Source: a virus
Taxonomy: Duplodnaviria; Caudoviricetes
IMG/VR virus record: IMGVR_UViG_3300044709_000184
Span: 1-64,000 of that record
Length of the DNA stretch: 64,000 nt
Direction: 5' to 3' (one strand)
Under the pieces are notes generated by a model. It was not told the DNA's origin. It worked only from the letters and a program-made list of their open reading frames with translations, and ran no database searches. The position numbers were made by a program, and so were the translations under genes. Positions 44,512 through 53,394 of this stretch are shown piece by piece. Numbering within the stretch: position 1 is the first letter of the stretch; each line of letters begins with the position of its first letter.

Positions 44512-45873
44512 TCAATTGGTGTGAGGGGCGTCCGGCGAGAGCCGGAGCTGAATTTTGTGGCGGGTGCCCCAGCCGGTACGCCAGCACGTCGCCACCGCAT
44601 ACCAGCGGACACTGCGCAGCACGACGGCGGCCCACAGGGCGGCGGCCGGGGCGAGCAGCCAGGTACATACCCGCCAGCGTGTGCTCCGGTCCGACCGGGC
44701 CACGGTGAGGTAGCGCAGGGTTTGGCAGTACGCCAACCCGACCGTCACCCCAGCCAGCCAGGGGACCGTACGCAGGTCGGCGCGGGCGACCGGCCACACC
44801 AGCACCACGCCGGCGAAGACAACGGCGGCGAGCAGTGCCTGGGTCCAGCGGTAGACGTGAATCCAGTACGCGGGCGATGACAGCGGCAGGTACTTCGCCC
44901 GCCACCACGACCGGATGAACGACCCCCGCATCCACCGCACGTATTGGCGCAGGTGGTGCCCGAGCGTCTCCGGCATCAGCGCGAACGCGAACGCCGTGGG
45001 CTGCTGGACGGTGCGGCCCCGTTTCATCGCGTAGAGGGTCAGCATCGAGTCGTCTGAGAACGCCACCTGCTCGTCGAAGAACGTCTCAGCGAGGTAGCCG
45101 TCCAGGTTGTCGCGCACCACCGGCGCCCGATAGACGGCGACCGGGCCGGAGTTGACCCACACCGACCCGAGCGTCGACAGGGCCGACCTGTCGACGAGCT
45201 GGGCGGTGACAAACCACAGGTCCGTGATGCGGGCCAGGGCGGTGCGGTCGTTGTTGAGGCCCAGCACGATGCCGGCCACCGACTGGACCCGTGGGTCGGC
45301 GAGGGGCTGCAGCAGCTCGGCCAGGGCGCGCCGGTCGGAGATGCTGTCCGAGTCGGTGGTCCAGTACACGTCGGCTTGCGGGGTCGCCCGGATGCCGGCG
45401 GCCTGGGCATGGCGTTTGCCCTGGTTGTCTTGCCGGGTCCAGATCAGGTCGACGCCGACCGCCTGGGCCGCGGTCTCGGCCTCGGCCCGGACGTCGCTGT
45501 AGTCGATCGGTGAGCCGTCGTCGGTGACGCAGATGGTCTGCGGCCGGCGGGTCTGGTCGAGCATGGACCGGATGCCTGCGAGCAGGGCGGCCGGGTCTTC
45601 GTTGTAGGCCGGCACCAGCGCGGCCACGTGGAGTTCGTCGAGCCCGCGACTCTGGGCGGGGGTGGCCCGCTGGGGGCGCTCCAGGAAGCACAGCACCATC
45701 TGCAGGGCGAAGGTAGCGAACCCGGCCGCGTAGATGACCGTCAACGCGCCGCCGCCGCGGCCCTGCCACACCCCCAGCAAGGCGAGGGCGTGGTGGCCGC
45801 ACCACCACGCCACAGCGATAGCCGCTACCGCCCCGGCCGCTGTCGCCCACGACGGTGACCGCCAGGCGGTCAG
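44512..45873 (-). CDS. Processive GT2 polysaccharide synthase (hyaluronan/chitin-oligomer synthase-like)
   Basis: P.YNED, DDGS, NQGKR.A, DSDS, SGP..YR, DD..LT, QYVRW; flanking TMs; start uncertain. Confidence 0.85.
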   Translation of the reverse strand: MTAWRSPSWATAAGAVAAIAVAWWCGHHALALLGVWQGRGGGALTVIYAAGFATFALQMVLCFLERPQRATPAQSRGLDELHVAALVPAYNEDPAALLAGIRSMLDQTRRPQTICVTDDGSPIDYSDVRAEAETAAQAVGVDLIWTRQDNQGKRHAQAAGIRATPQADVYWTTDSDSISDRRALAELLQPLADPRVQSVAGIVLGLNNDRTALARITDLWFVTAQLVDRSALSTLGSVWVNSGPVAVYRAPVVRDNLDGYLAETFFDEQVAFSDDSMLTLYAMKRGRTVQQPTAFAFALMPETLGHHLRQYVRWMRGSFIRSWWRAKYLPLSSPAYWIHVYRWTQALLAAVVFAGVVLVWPVARADLRTVPWLAGVTVGLAYCQTLRYLTVARSDRSTRWRVCTWLLAPAAALWAAVVLRSVRWYAVATCWRTGWGTRHKIQLRLSPDAPHTN

Positions 45874-46055
45874 GGCTGGTTGTAGTTCCGGCCCCGCCGC
45901 CACCGCCACCGCAGCGACACCAGCATCAGCAGGGCGCCGACCACGACGATGCCTACCCCGATCCAGGCCAACCCGGCCATGCTCAGCTTGATCCCCGCCA
46001 CGGTCAGCACTCCTGCGCCAGTGACGGGAAGCGTCCCTCCAGAACCGCCGTTCAC
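45870..46055 (-). CDS. 61-aa membrane microprotein with LPVTG motif
   Basis: GAGGAG RBS; LPVTG, hydrophobic stretch, basic tail. Confidence 0.65.
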   Translation of the reverse strand: MNGGSGGTLPVTGAGVLTVAGIKLSMAGLAWIGVGIVVVGALLMLVSLRWRWRRGRNYNQP

Positions 46056-46146
46056 CCACTGCCCCTCTCCTCGAGGTCGTCCCGATACGGGTGGAATTGT
46101 TCCATTCGTATGGGTGATGGGTGGTGACGCCATGCGTCGGGCGGTT

Positions 46147-46572
46147 TTAGACGATCGGCATGTACCGCCCGTCCAGCTCACGCCGATGGGTCGGGTCCGC
46201 CAGGGGCTCCTCTCCGGGCAGTGTGGGCCCGCACCCCATGGTGTGCATCAGCACGTTGAGATAACCCGGCACCGGCGTCCAGAACCCGCCCGGAATGCAG
46301 TTGTAGCCGCACAGGGCACAGGGCGCCGGCCGGAGCCGGTCCGGGGCGACCTGGCGCTGTTCGTCGACCCATCGCGGCGGCGGGTAGGTGGGCAGCGTCC
46401 TGACCATCAACACCAGAACGACCGCCGCAACGATCAGGCCGACCATGACCGCGGTGACACCGCCGACAGCGCCGATGAGCCACCCCACCCCACCCGAGCC
46501 GACCAGCAGGCCGGCCATCATGGCCAGCCGATGTTGCCAGCCCCGCTCAGACCAGATCAGCAGCCGCCGCAT
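46147..46572 (-). CDS. Membrane protein
   Basis: GAGGAG RBS; two TM; CxxC. Confidence 0.65.
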   Translation of the reverse strand: MRRLLIWSERGWQHRLAMMAGLLVGSGGVGWLIGAVGGVTAVMVGLIVAAVVLVLMVRTLPTYPPPRWVDEQRQVAPDRLRPAPCALCGYNCIPGGFWTPVPGYLNVLMHTMGCGPTLPGEEPLADPTHRRELDGRYMPIV

Positions 46573-46625
46573 GCGGTCTCCTCGTTGCTCAGGTAGTTGA
46601 TCGCGCGCAGAGGGGGGTTTGGACG

Positions 46626-46985
46626 ATGGTACGCAAGACGTTGGCCGTGTTGGCCGTGGTGGGCGGTCTGGTCCTGGTGGTCGCGTTTGCCGGGTTCACG
46701 TTGGTGGCAGGCGTCGGCACCGGCACCCGGTCATTTGCCGGTGGGCCACCTACTACGCCGCACAGCCCGCAGCTGCTCACGCCCACACCGGCGCCGTCGC
46801 CCACCCCCGAGGTCACCCCGACCCCAGCGCCGACAACACCGGTGGTGGTCACGTCAACGTCGGCTATGCGGACCTTGCCCGTGACGGGACCCGGCCAGGC
46901 CTGGCCGCTGTTCTGGGCCGCCCTGGCCCTCGTGGCCGTCGGCTCCGCCATGCTGGTCGTCACCCGCCGCCGCCCAGAGTCATGA
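46626..46985 (+). CDS. Small LPxTG cell-wall-anchored protein
   Basis: Signal peptide, Pro/Thr linker, LPVTG-TM-RRR. Confidence 0.75.
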   Translation: MVRKTLAVLAVVGGLVLVVAFAGFTLVAGVGTGTRSFAGGPPTTPHSPQLLTPTPAPSPTPEVTPTPAPTTPVVVTSTSAMRTLPVTGPGQAWPLFWAALALVAVGSAMLVVTRRRPES

Positions 46986-47726
46986 CACCTCCGGGTCGAC
47001 CGCCAGCCACACGTCGGGGAAGGCCGGCTGAGGCCCCATCCGCACCGAGGTGACCACACCGGCCGGGAACACGCACAGCAGCTGGCCGTCGGCGCCGGGT
47101 TCGAACGACATGGGCCACCCGGCCAGCATGTGGCTCGGGTCGTGAGGCCCGTCGTGATGGCGGGGCGTTATCGCCATCTCCGGTTTGAGCCCGGCGAGGC
47201 GGGCCCCGACCATGACCAGCCCCGCCGCCATGAGAGATCCGTCGGCCAGCCAGACCCGCTGCACCACCCCGATCAGCTCCTCCTTGGTGGGGCTGCGCCG
47301 TCCGGGTTCGACCGTGAACAGCGGCGCCCCACCGCGCTCCGGCACCTGCCAGTCGCCAGCCAGTAACATCCGCCCGTCATCGGACGGCCTGTCGACCGGG
47401 CCGAGGAGTGCTGTGAAGGGCACCAGCTGCCGGGCCGCAAGGTTGCGGCGCATCAGCATGAACCGGGTCGCCACGGTGGCGACCAGCCCCAGCAACGCCA
47501 GAGCATTGAGCCAGCCCACCACGATCAGCACATTCCACACGGTGGGCTGCCGCATCGCCGGGATCGCGAACAGGGCCGTGCCGGCGACCGCCCAGGTGAC
47601 CCCCAGCCCGTACACGACCGGGATGGCCCAGCTGGTCGGGTAGCGGCGGGCGACCCACCGGCCGGCCTCAAACAGGGCGACGATGCCCAGGAAGGCGCCG
47701 GCCAGGGCAAACCGGTCGAAGATCAT
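46980..47726 (-). CDS. Three-TM protein fused to a prohead-protease-like domain
   Basis: DGR...PL...IG.V..VW...G...PAF pattern; homology is inference. Confidence 0.55.
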   Translation of the reverse strand: MIFDRFALAGAFLGIVALFEAGRWVARRYPTSWAIPVVYGLGVTWAVAGTALFAIPAMRQPTVWNVLIVVGWLNALALLGLVATVATRFMLMRRNLAARQLVPFTALLGPVDRPSDDGRMLLAGDWQVPERGGAPLFTVEPGRRSPTKEELIGVVQRVWLADGSLMAAGLVMVGARLAGLKPEMAITPRHHDGPHDPSHMLAGWPMSFEPGADGQLLCVFPAGVVTSVRMGPQPAFPDVWLAVDPEVS

Positions 47727-47905
47727 GGCAGGGCCTTTCTCGGAACGGTGGGCAGGTCGGCCCGCGCTACTTCACCGGCGCGGCTCTGTCCGGCCTGGGC
47801 GGCGTCGATGAGGGCCAGGAACTCGGCGTACCGGCGGCCCAGCTCGTCGCCGTCGCCGCTCACGTACTGGGCGTCGACGGTGGGCTCCTCGCCGGCGGCG
47901 CTCAC
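47723..47905 (-). CDS. Hypothetical protein
   Basis: Coupled. Confidence 0.55.
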   Translation of the reverse strand: MSAAGEEPTVDAQYVSGDGDELGRRYAEFLALIDAAQAGQSRAGEVARADLPTVPRKALP

Positions 47906-48120
47906 GACGGCCGCCATGCCTGGGCCAGGCGGGGCACCGTACGGACGATCCGTTCGGCCATCTCATGCAACCCTTCGGTGAGCACGTCGACCGGCTCGGG
48001 GCCGCTGCCGCCACCGAAGATGACCACCGCGGCGGCGACCAGGGCGTCTTCCAGCTCGGCGATGTAGGCCGCGTCAGACGGGCAGCGGGCCGGGCCGCTG
48101 ATGGTCCACCCGGCGGCCAT
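47902..48120 (-). CDS. Hypothetical protein
   Basis: Coupled. Confidence 0.55.
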   Translation of the reverse strand: MAAGWTISGPARCPSDAAYIAELEDALVAAAVVIFGGGSGPEPVDVLTEGLHEMAERIVRTVPRLAQAWRPS

Positions 48121-48311
48121 CACAGCCACCTGCACAGCAGGCTGCCCACGAACAGCCCCACCAGCAGGGCCAGGGCCGCGTAGCTGTGCGGGTTGGCCCG
48201 CGGCCACCAGTAGCTGCGCCGGGGCTGGCACACCGTCCGGTGGTCGGGTGCGGTCTGTTCGGTCAGGGCGGTGCCGCACAAAATGCAGCTGATCAGTGTT
48301 CGGCCGGTCAT
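48120..48311 (-). CDS. Small Zn-binding TM protein
   Basis: CxxC...H..C plus TM. Confidence 0.55.
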   Translation of the reverse strand: MTGRTLISCILCGTALTEQTAPDHRTVCQPRRSYWWPRANPHSYAALALLVGLFVGSLLCRWL

Positions 48312-49303
48312 GAGGCTTCTCCTTCGGCTTCGATGCGGGCGGTGTGCCACCGCTTCTCCAGCTGCCATGAGGGGCTGCGTTCGGGCGAGTTGGGTGACCG
48401 GTCGTACATGTCGGTCGTGACGATCGAGGCGTGCCCGGCGGCGCGGCGCACATCACCCATGGGCATACCGCCGTCGAGGGCCGTCGTGATGTGGGTGGCC
48501 CGGGTCGAGTGGGGGGTGAGCTGGTCGATGAGCCGCTCCGGCAGACCCGCCTCGGCGGCTAGGCGGCGCAGCAGCAGCCGCACCGCGGTCCGGTGGATGC
48601 GCCGGCCGGTCCTGGTGGCGACCAGCGGCCGGTCCCCGGCGGCGACCTGACCTGGCAGGGCCGGCAGCCGGTCCAGGTCGGTTCGGTCGGCCAGGTAGGC
48701 CTCAATCCGGGCCAGGGTGCCGGGGGCGATGGTGACCAGCCGGGTCCGGCCGCCCTTGCCCCGCACGTACAGCACCGTCATGCCCCGGTCCAGGCCAATG
48801 TCGCCGACGTTCGCGGCGACCAGCTCCCCGACCCGGATGCCGGTGGTCAACAGCAGCCACACGATCGCCGCGGCCCGGGGTGTGTCGGCCAGGGCCGCGG
48901 CGAGGAGCTTCTCCACCTGCCCGTCCGACAGGGCCGGGGCCCGCCTCGGTGCCGGTTTGGGCCGCTCGGCCCGGTCGAGCAGGGCCGGGTTGCGGTCGGT
49001 GGCCTCCTCCCGGATGAGCCACCCGTACCACGACGACACCGCCGCCAGCCGCCGCGCCCGGGTCGACCCGGACTCGTGGGTCAGCGATCCCAGCCACAAC
49101 GACACGTGCCGGTGCCGGGCATCGGTCGGGTAGACCCCGTTGGTCCGGCACCACTTCAACCACGACGCGAGGTCACGCCGGTAGGCGTCCTTGGTGTGCT
49201 CGGAGAGCCGGGCGACCAGCCAGTCGTTGGTCAGCTCGTTAAGCCGTTCGTTGCTGGTCGGATCACCGGCCGGGACGAGGTCGTTACCTGCCACGGCGGC
49301 CAT
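48308..49303 (-). CDS. Tyrosine recombinase (XerC/D-like)
   Basis: SAM-like N-domain; GIRVGE, GKGG, HSTR, GH, DMYD. Confidence 0.92.
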   Translation of the reverse strand: MAAVAGNDLVPAGDPTSNERLNELTNDWLVARLSEHTKDAYRRDLASWLKWCRTNGVYPTDARHRHVSLWLGSLTHESGSTRARRLAAVSSWYGWLIREEATDRNPALLDRAERPKPAPRRAPALSDGQVEKLLAAALADTPRAAAIVWLLLTTGIRVGELVAANVGDIGLDRGMTVLYVRGKGGRTRLVTIAPGTLARIEAYLADRTDLDRLPALPGQVAAGDRPLVATRTGRRIHRTAVRLLLRRLAAEAGLPERLIDQLTPHSTRATHITTALDGGMPMGDVRRAAGHASIVTTDMYDRSPNSPERSPSWQLEKRWHTARIEAEGEAS

Positions 49304-49784
49304 CCCGCTTGCCCACGTTGCCGAGCAGGTCATCCACGATTCTGGCTGCGCGGCGCAGCCCACCCGGGTAGGTCACGTGTTGGCGGGCCGGAGCGGCTCT
49401 CTCCCCCCTGCTGGCTTCGGCCATGATCGCCTTGTGTGCGCCCGCCAGAGCGACCCGCATTGACTGGTCGACCAGTTCGTCCCGGGCGTCCAGCACAGCC
49501 GCTGCGCTCTCACCAGCATCGGCGGCGAGACAGTTGCGGTGCCACAACTGCTCAACCAGATGGGTGTATGGGGCGACGGCGCAGTCGCACGTGTCGAACA
49601 CGTACGCCAGGTCGATGATGCCGACCCGCAACAGGTCGGCACCGCAGCGCGGGCAGGCGCTGAGCCGCTGGTCTGGGTGGTCACGACGCGAGTGCAACTC
49701 CAACGTTTGCCCGGTCGGCTCAGCCATGGCCACCAACTCCCGGCAGCAGTGCCGGCATGTTGCCGTTGCCGTAGGCCTGCTCAA
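49284..49784 (-). CDS. Zn-ribbon hypothetical protein
   Basis: Start uncertain (possibly 49727). Confidence 0.55.
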   Translation of the reverse strand: MSRPTATATCRHCCRELVAMAEPTGQTLELHSRRDHPDQRLSACPRCGADLLRVGIIDLAYVFDTCDCAVAPYTHLVEQLWHRNCLAADAGESAAAVLDARDELVDQSMRVALAGAHKAIMAEASRGERAAPARQHVTYPGGLRRAARIVDDLLGNVGKRDGRRGR

Positions 49785-50190
49785 GTTGGGGTGCGGCCCA
49801 GTCCCCCACGGTGCGCCCGTCCGGCAGTGTCACGTCCGCAAGGAACTCGCGTTCCACTGTGGTGATACCCGACTCGACGGCCTCCAGCTTGGCCTTGACG
49901 ATCAGGACCAGGGCCCGCCACCGCTGGCGCACCGCCTGGTCATACGCCTCGGCACGGGAGGCCTGGGACCGAGGCCGGTTCTGTGCTGTGAACCGGAACT
50001 GGTGAGCGTTCGGATCGGGTAGCGGCAGGCGCATGGTGACGCGCCGGCCGGCGATCTCAAACAGCACGGCAGCGCCGTCCTCGTTCCACATGTGGCCGAA
50101 GGCGGTTGCACCGTAGCGACGCAGAACCGCCTCGATCTCCAGCTTGCTCCTGTCGACCGTCACGGTGGTCTTGCTGGCGTACTGGGCCAT
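49720..50190 (-). CDS. Conserved phage protein
   Basis: YA..T.V...S..EI...L.RYGA; WRAL.L.VKAKLEAVE.GI...EFL. Confidence 0.8.
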   Translation of the reverse strand: MAQYASKTTVTVDRSKLEIEAVLRRYGATAFGHMWNEDGAAVLFEIAGRRVTMRLPLPDPNAHQFRFTAQNRPRSQASRAEAYDQAVRQRWRALVLIVKAKLEAVESGITTVEREFLADVTLPDGRTVGDWAAPQLEQAYGNGNMPALLPGVGGHG

Positions 50191-50834
50191 CACAGCCGCC
50201 CCGTGTCGAGCGTTTCGGCGGTCGACATGAGGTACCCGTAGACCTGGGCGGCGCCGTTCTGCGACCAGCGGGTGCCGGGCTGAAGGTGCCGATCGGCGAC
50301 CTTGTCCCAGCCGCCGGCCTTGTCGGCGAACCGGCCGAAAATGTAGGCCAAGGTTTCGGCGACCTCCGTGTACCGCTCGGGGTCGGTGACCCACCGTTCG
50401 ATCACGTCGACCAGGCGCAGCGACGTCATCTGGTGGAACCGGGACGGCTTCTCAGCGATCTGCGAGCCGACCTCCCACGCGAGCCCTGGCAGGCCGGCCG
50501 ACTCCCACGACCCTTCCCGCCCGGCCAGCAGCCGACAGCTCCTGGCTGTCGGGTTGGCCTTGGCGTCGGCGCGGAACAGTGAGTACAGGGCGACCATGAC
50601 CGACCCGGCGGCCTTCTGCCCGGACTCGACCAGCGCGTCGACGATCAGCTTCTCGTCTGCGTCGGTGACCGGTTCGACCGGCCGCCACGGTCCCCGCTCG
50701 GCGGTCAGCTTGTCCAGGGTCAACGGCTCCAGCCCTCGCATGTTGCCGTAGTCGGCGTGGTACAGGCCGTCGCCGGTCAGGTGCCAGCCCTGATGATGTG
50801 CGTCGACGACGCGGTGCGGGGCGGCTGTGGTCAT
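50190..50834 (-). CDS. Hypothetical protein
   Basis: AGREGSWES motif; coupled. Confidence 0.7.
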   Translation of the reverse strand: MTTAAPHRVVDAHHQGWHLTGDGLYHADYGNMRGLEPLTLDKLTAERGPWRPVEPVTDADEKLIVDALVESGQKAAGSVMVALYSLFRADAKANPTARSCRLLAGREGSWESAGLPGLAWEVGSQIAEKPSRFHQMTSLRLVDVIERWVTDPERYTEVAETLAYIFGRFADKAGGWDKVADRHLQPGTRWSQNGAAQVYGYLMSTAETLDTGRL

Positions 50835-51043
50835 GGCGACACCTTCTCGACGATCGTGGGCGGCGGGGCTTCGGTGAGCGGCCCGCGTGCGGTGAGCAGC
50901 GCCAGCGCGTTCGGGTGGGGCCACCAGGTCGGATGGTCGGGTGCCGACCAGCGGCCGTTGCCGGGGTCCTCAATCCAGCGGACCCCTTCCCGGTCGGTCA
51001 CCGCGCAGTCGGTCGGCACCTCCGGGACCGGCCAGACTCTCAC
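50831..51043 (-). CDS. Hypothetical protein
   Basis: GTGA-coupled. Confidence 0.55.
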   Translation of the reverse strand: MRVWPVPEVPTDCAVTDREGVRWIEDPGNGRWSAPDHPTWWPHPNALALLTARGPLTEAPPPTIVEKVSP

Positions 51044-51420
51044 GACGACATCACCACCGGCAGCCCCTCGGCCGGCCTGCTCAGGTCGCCGTAGTCGTCG
51101 GTGAACGTGCCCTGGTCGCCGTAGTCGGTGGGATCCCACCGTACGCAGCAGCCGCCGCAGACGAAGCTGTCCCCGTCGTGGCTGACCTCGTCGTAGCAGC
51201 GCGGGCACAGCGGGTTGCGGTAGAGCAGTTCCCCGGGTGGTTCGGTGTGACCGGCGGCGATCCGACGTCGTTTCGAGCAGTGGCACAACATGCTCCGGGA
51301 GTGCCATTCGCAGTCGGCGTCGTGTTTGCCCTGCTTCACCTCAGCCAGATGGTGGTCCCGGGCACGTTGCCAGAATGCGGCCATCCGGTCGGTGGGTGCG
51401 GCGATGTCGGCGGTGGTCAT
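51040..51420 (-). CDS. Zn-ribbon protein
   Basis: CPRC...CGGC. Confidence 0.65.
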   Translation of the reverse strand: MTTADIAAPTDRMAAFWQRARDHHLAEVKQGKHDADCEWHSRSMLCHCSKRRRIAAGHTEPPGELLYRNPLCPRCYDEVSHDGDSFVCGGCCVRWDPTDYGDQGTFTDDYGDLSRPAEGLPVVMSS

Positions 51421-51599
51421 GACATCACCGCCGACAGCCCCTCGGCCTGGCAGGCCTGGCGGACCGGTGCGGTCGAGGCCCACCAGTCGTTCACGGCAGC
51501 CTGAATGCGGCGAGCTTCGGCCTCGTCCAGGTCCATCTGCGGGTCGTCGATTATCACTAGGCCTTCGTCCGGCCCGGGGTTAGCTAGGTCGTTGACCAT
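51417..51599 (-). CDS. Hypothetical protein
   Basis: GAAGGA RBS; first gene of operon. Confidence 0.6.
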   Translation of the reverse strand: MVNDLANPGPDEGLVIIDDPQMDLDEAEARRIQAAVNDWWASTAPVRQACQAEGLSAVMS

Positions 51600-51634
51600 G
51601 GTGGGTCGGGTCCTTCCAGGGGTGGGTTTGGGTC

Positions 51635-51697
51635 GTCATCACACTACCATGACACGACATCATAATGAACCTTATGGAGTCATGGCGGGGGTACGGT
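51635..51697. promoter_or_regulatory. Divergent promoter region with GTCAT-N9-ATGAC over the leftward -10
   Basis: TG.TAGTGT (-) and TACGGT (+); palindrome 51635-51653. Confidence 0.6.
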
Positions 51698-51703
51698 GGC
51701 GGA

Positions 51704-52198
51704 ATGGACGAATCGGACATGACCGTGACGTACGACCACGACGACGGCGGCTGGGTGGCCCGGCGGGCCGGTGAGACGCTGGGCACCAACCACATCATCG
51801 GCCCGGGCGAGGCCTTCGCCGCGGTGCAGTGGGCGGCCTGGCTGACCGGTGAGCCGGTGCCGTGGAACCCGGCCCTCCGGGCCGCCGTCGACGAGATGCC
51901 GGACCTGCCCACGACGATGGGTCCGGACTTGAAAACGGTGATGGAGCGCCACCACCAGAACGCCCCCGGTCACCGCACCGACGAGTTCAGCATGCGTGAG
52001 CTGAACATCGGCCAGGCGCAGGCCTGCACGTCCCTGTCCGATGAGGCAGCCCTCGAGCGGGCCCGGTCGGTGCCGTCCGGCACGTCAGGCGGCTGGGTAC
52101 GCAGCGAGCACCCGGCGGTGACATGCGACTACCGGCCGGCCACCCACCGGCACCTCAAGTTCGTGGCGGCGGTGGACTGGGCGGCGGGGGTGGAATGA
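51704..52198 (+). CDS. Hypothetical protein
   Basis: Probably leaderless (TACGGT 6 nt upstream). Confidence 0.65.
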   Translation: MDESDMTVTYDHDDGGWVARRAGETLGTNHIIGPGEAFAAVQWAAWLTGEPVPWNPALRAAVDEMPDLPTTMGPDLKTVMERHHQNAPGHRTDEFSMRELNIGQAQACTSLSDEAALERARSVPSGTSGGWVRSEHPAVTCDYRPATHRHLKFVAAVDWAAGVE

Positions 52199-52426
52199 CC
52201 GGGGCCGGCACCCCGCAACAGGTGCCGACCCCGGGTCTGTACTCCGCGTGAGGAGGCAGGAGAGAGATCACTGTAGACAGCCGCGGCGGGGCGTCGTGGC
52301 CTGCCACGCCGGGCCCGCCCCTACGCTGGTGGGCGTGGCCGGGGCCGTCCCGCGCTGGCACCGTTGGGGCCGGCCCCGACACACCTGTAGCCCCCTCACC
52401 CCTGACCCGATGAGGTGAGCGTGGCG

Positions 52427-52906
52427 ATGCGTGGCAGGCGCCTTCTGACAGCCGCCCTCGCGGCGCTGGTGTTGACCCTGGCCGGTTGCCGGACGTTGAC
52501 AGGACCCGGACAGCATCTGACAACCCCACCCGCCCCGGCCCCAGCGCCGGCGCCTGGCCTGGCCGCGTCAAGGATCGTCGGGGTGTGGCGACTCACCGTC
52601 AACGGCACCGGCGGGGCCCTGGCCGCGTTCTGGCCCGGCGGCCTGGTCGAAACCACCGACCCGGCCATGGGGGTGTGGCGGGCCCGCACCAGCGGCCCGG
52701 GCGACATCGAAGGCACCTGGGACATCCCGCTGGTCGACCTGTCTGTCACCTACGTGATCGCCGTCGACCGTGACTCGTTCACCGGCACCGGCGTGGCCTT
52801 CGACACCCGGCCCGGGGCGAAGCTCAACCCGATCACCCTGGCCGGCACCCGGGTCGCGATCGACCCGGCCGTTCTGGCCCGGGTCACCCCGCCCCGCACG
52901 TCATGA
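52427..52906 (+). CDS. Lipoprotein
   Basis: Signal peptide with LAGC lipobox. Confidence 0.75.
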   Translation: MRGRRLLTAALAALVLTLAGCRTLTGPGQHLTTPPAPAPAPAPGLAASRIVGVWRLTVNGTGGALAAFWPGGLVETTDPAMGVWRARTSGPGDIEGTWDIPLVDLSVTYVIAVDRDSFTGTGVAFDTRPGAKLNPITLAGTRVAIDPAVLARVTPPRTS

Positions 52907-52955
52907 CCGCGCGGCGCACGGGGGTCCGTCGTGTGTCTCCGTCTAACATCGAGAC

Positions 52956-53156
52956 ATGCCTTCTCTTCGCCGCGCTGATCGTCTCACCGTCCTGACCCTC
53001 CTCGTGGTCGCCGGCGTCGCCGCGGCCGCCAACGGTTTCATCGGCCTGCGGGCCGGGACCGGCGTTGTCCGGCCCGTGCTCATCACGTTTGCCCTTCCGG
53101 TACTGCTGTTCGTGGCGTTGACGTGGCGTCCCCGTATCGGGCTGCGGCGCCGCTGA
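52956..53156 (+). CDS. Two-TM protein
   Basis: Leaderless TAACAT-N6-ATG. Confidence 0.6.
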   Translation: MPSLRRADRLTVLTLLVVAGVAAAANGFIGLRAGTGVVRPVLITFALPVLLFVALTWRPRIGLRRR

Positions 53157-53177
53157 CCCCCCCTCCTCACGACGGTT

Positions 53178-53211
53178 GAGGGCCCCCTGCCCAGCTGGGC
53201 AGGGGGCCCTC
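53178..53211. terminator. Perfect 34-bp palindrome between convergent operons
   Basis: GAGGGCCCCCTGCCCAG/CTGGGCAGGGGGCCCTC. Confidence 0.6.
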
Positions 53212-53394
53212 TGGCTACCGGGGCGGCGCAGCTGCTTCTAATCCGTGCCGCCCGGGCCCGTTGCTTCAAATAGGAGCGGCAATGTTAGGTGTCCGTAGCG
53301 CCGAGAGGCGACGGTCAGGGTCCCCTTCCGGTTCGCCGACGCTGTCACCGCGCGGATAAGTCGACCCGCTTGCGCGCCCTGCCGTCAGATCACC

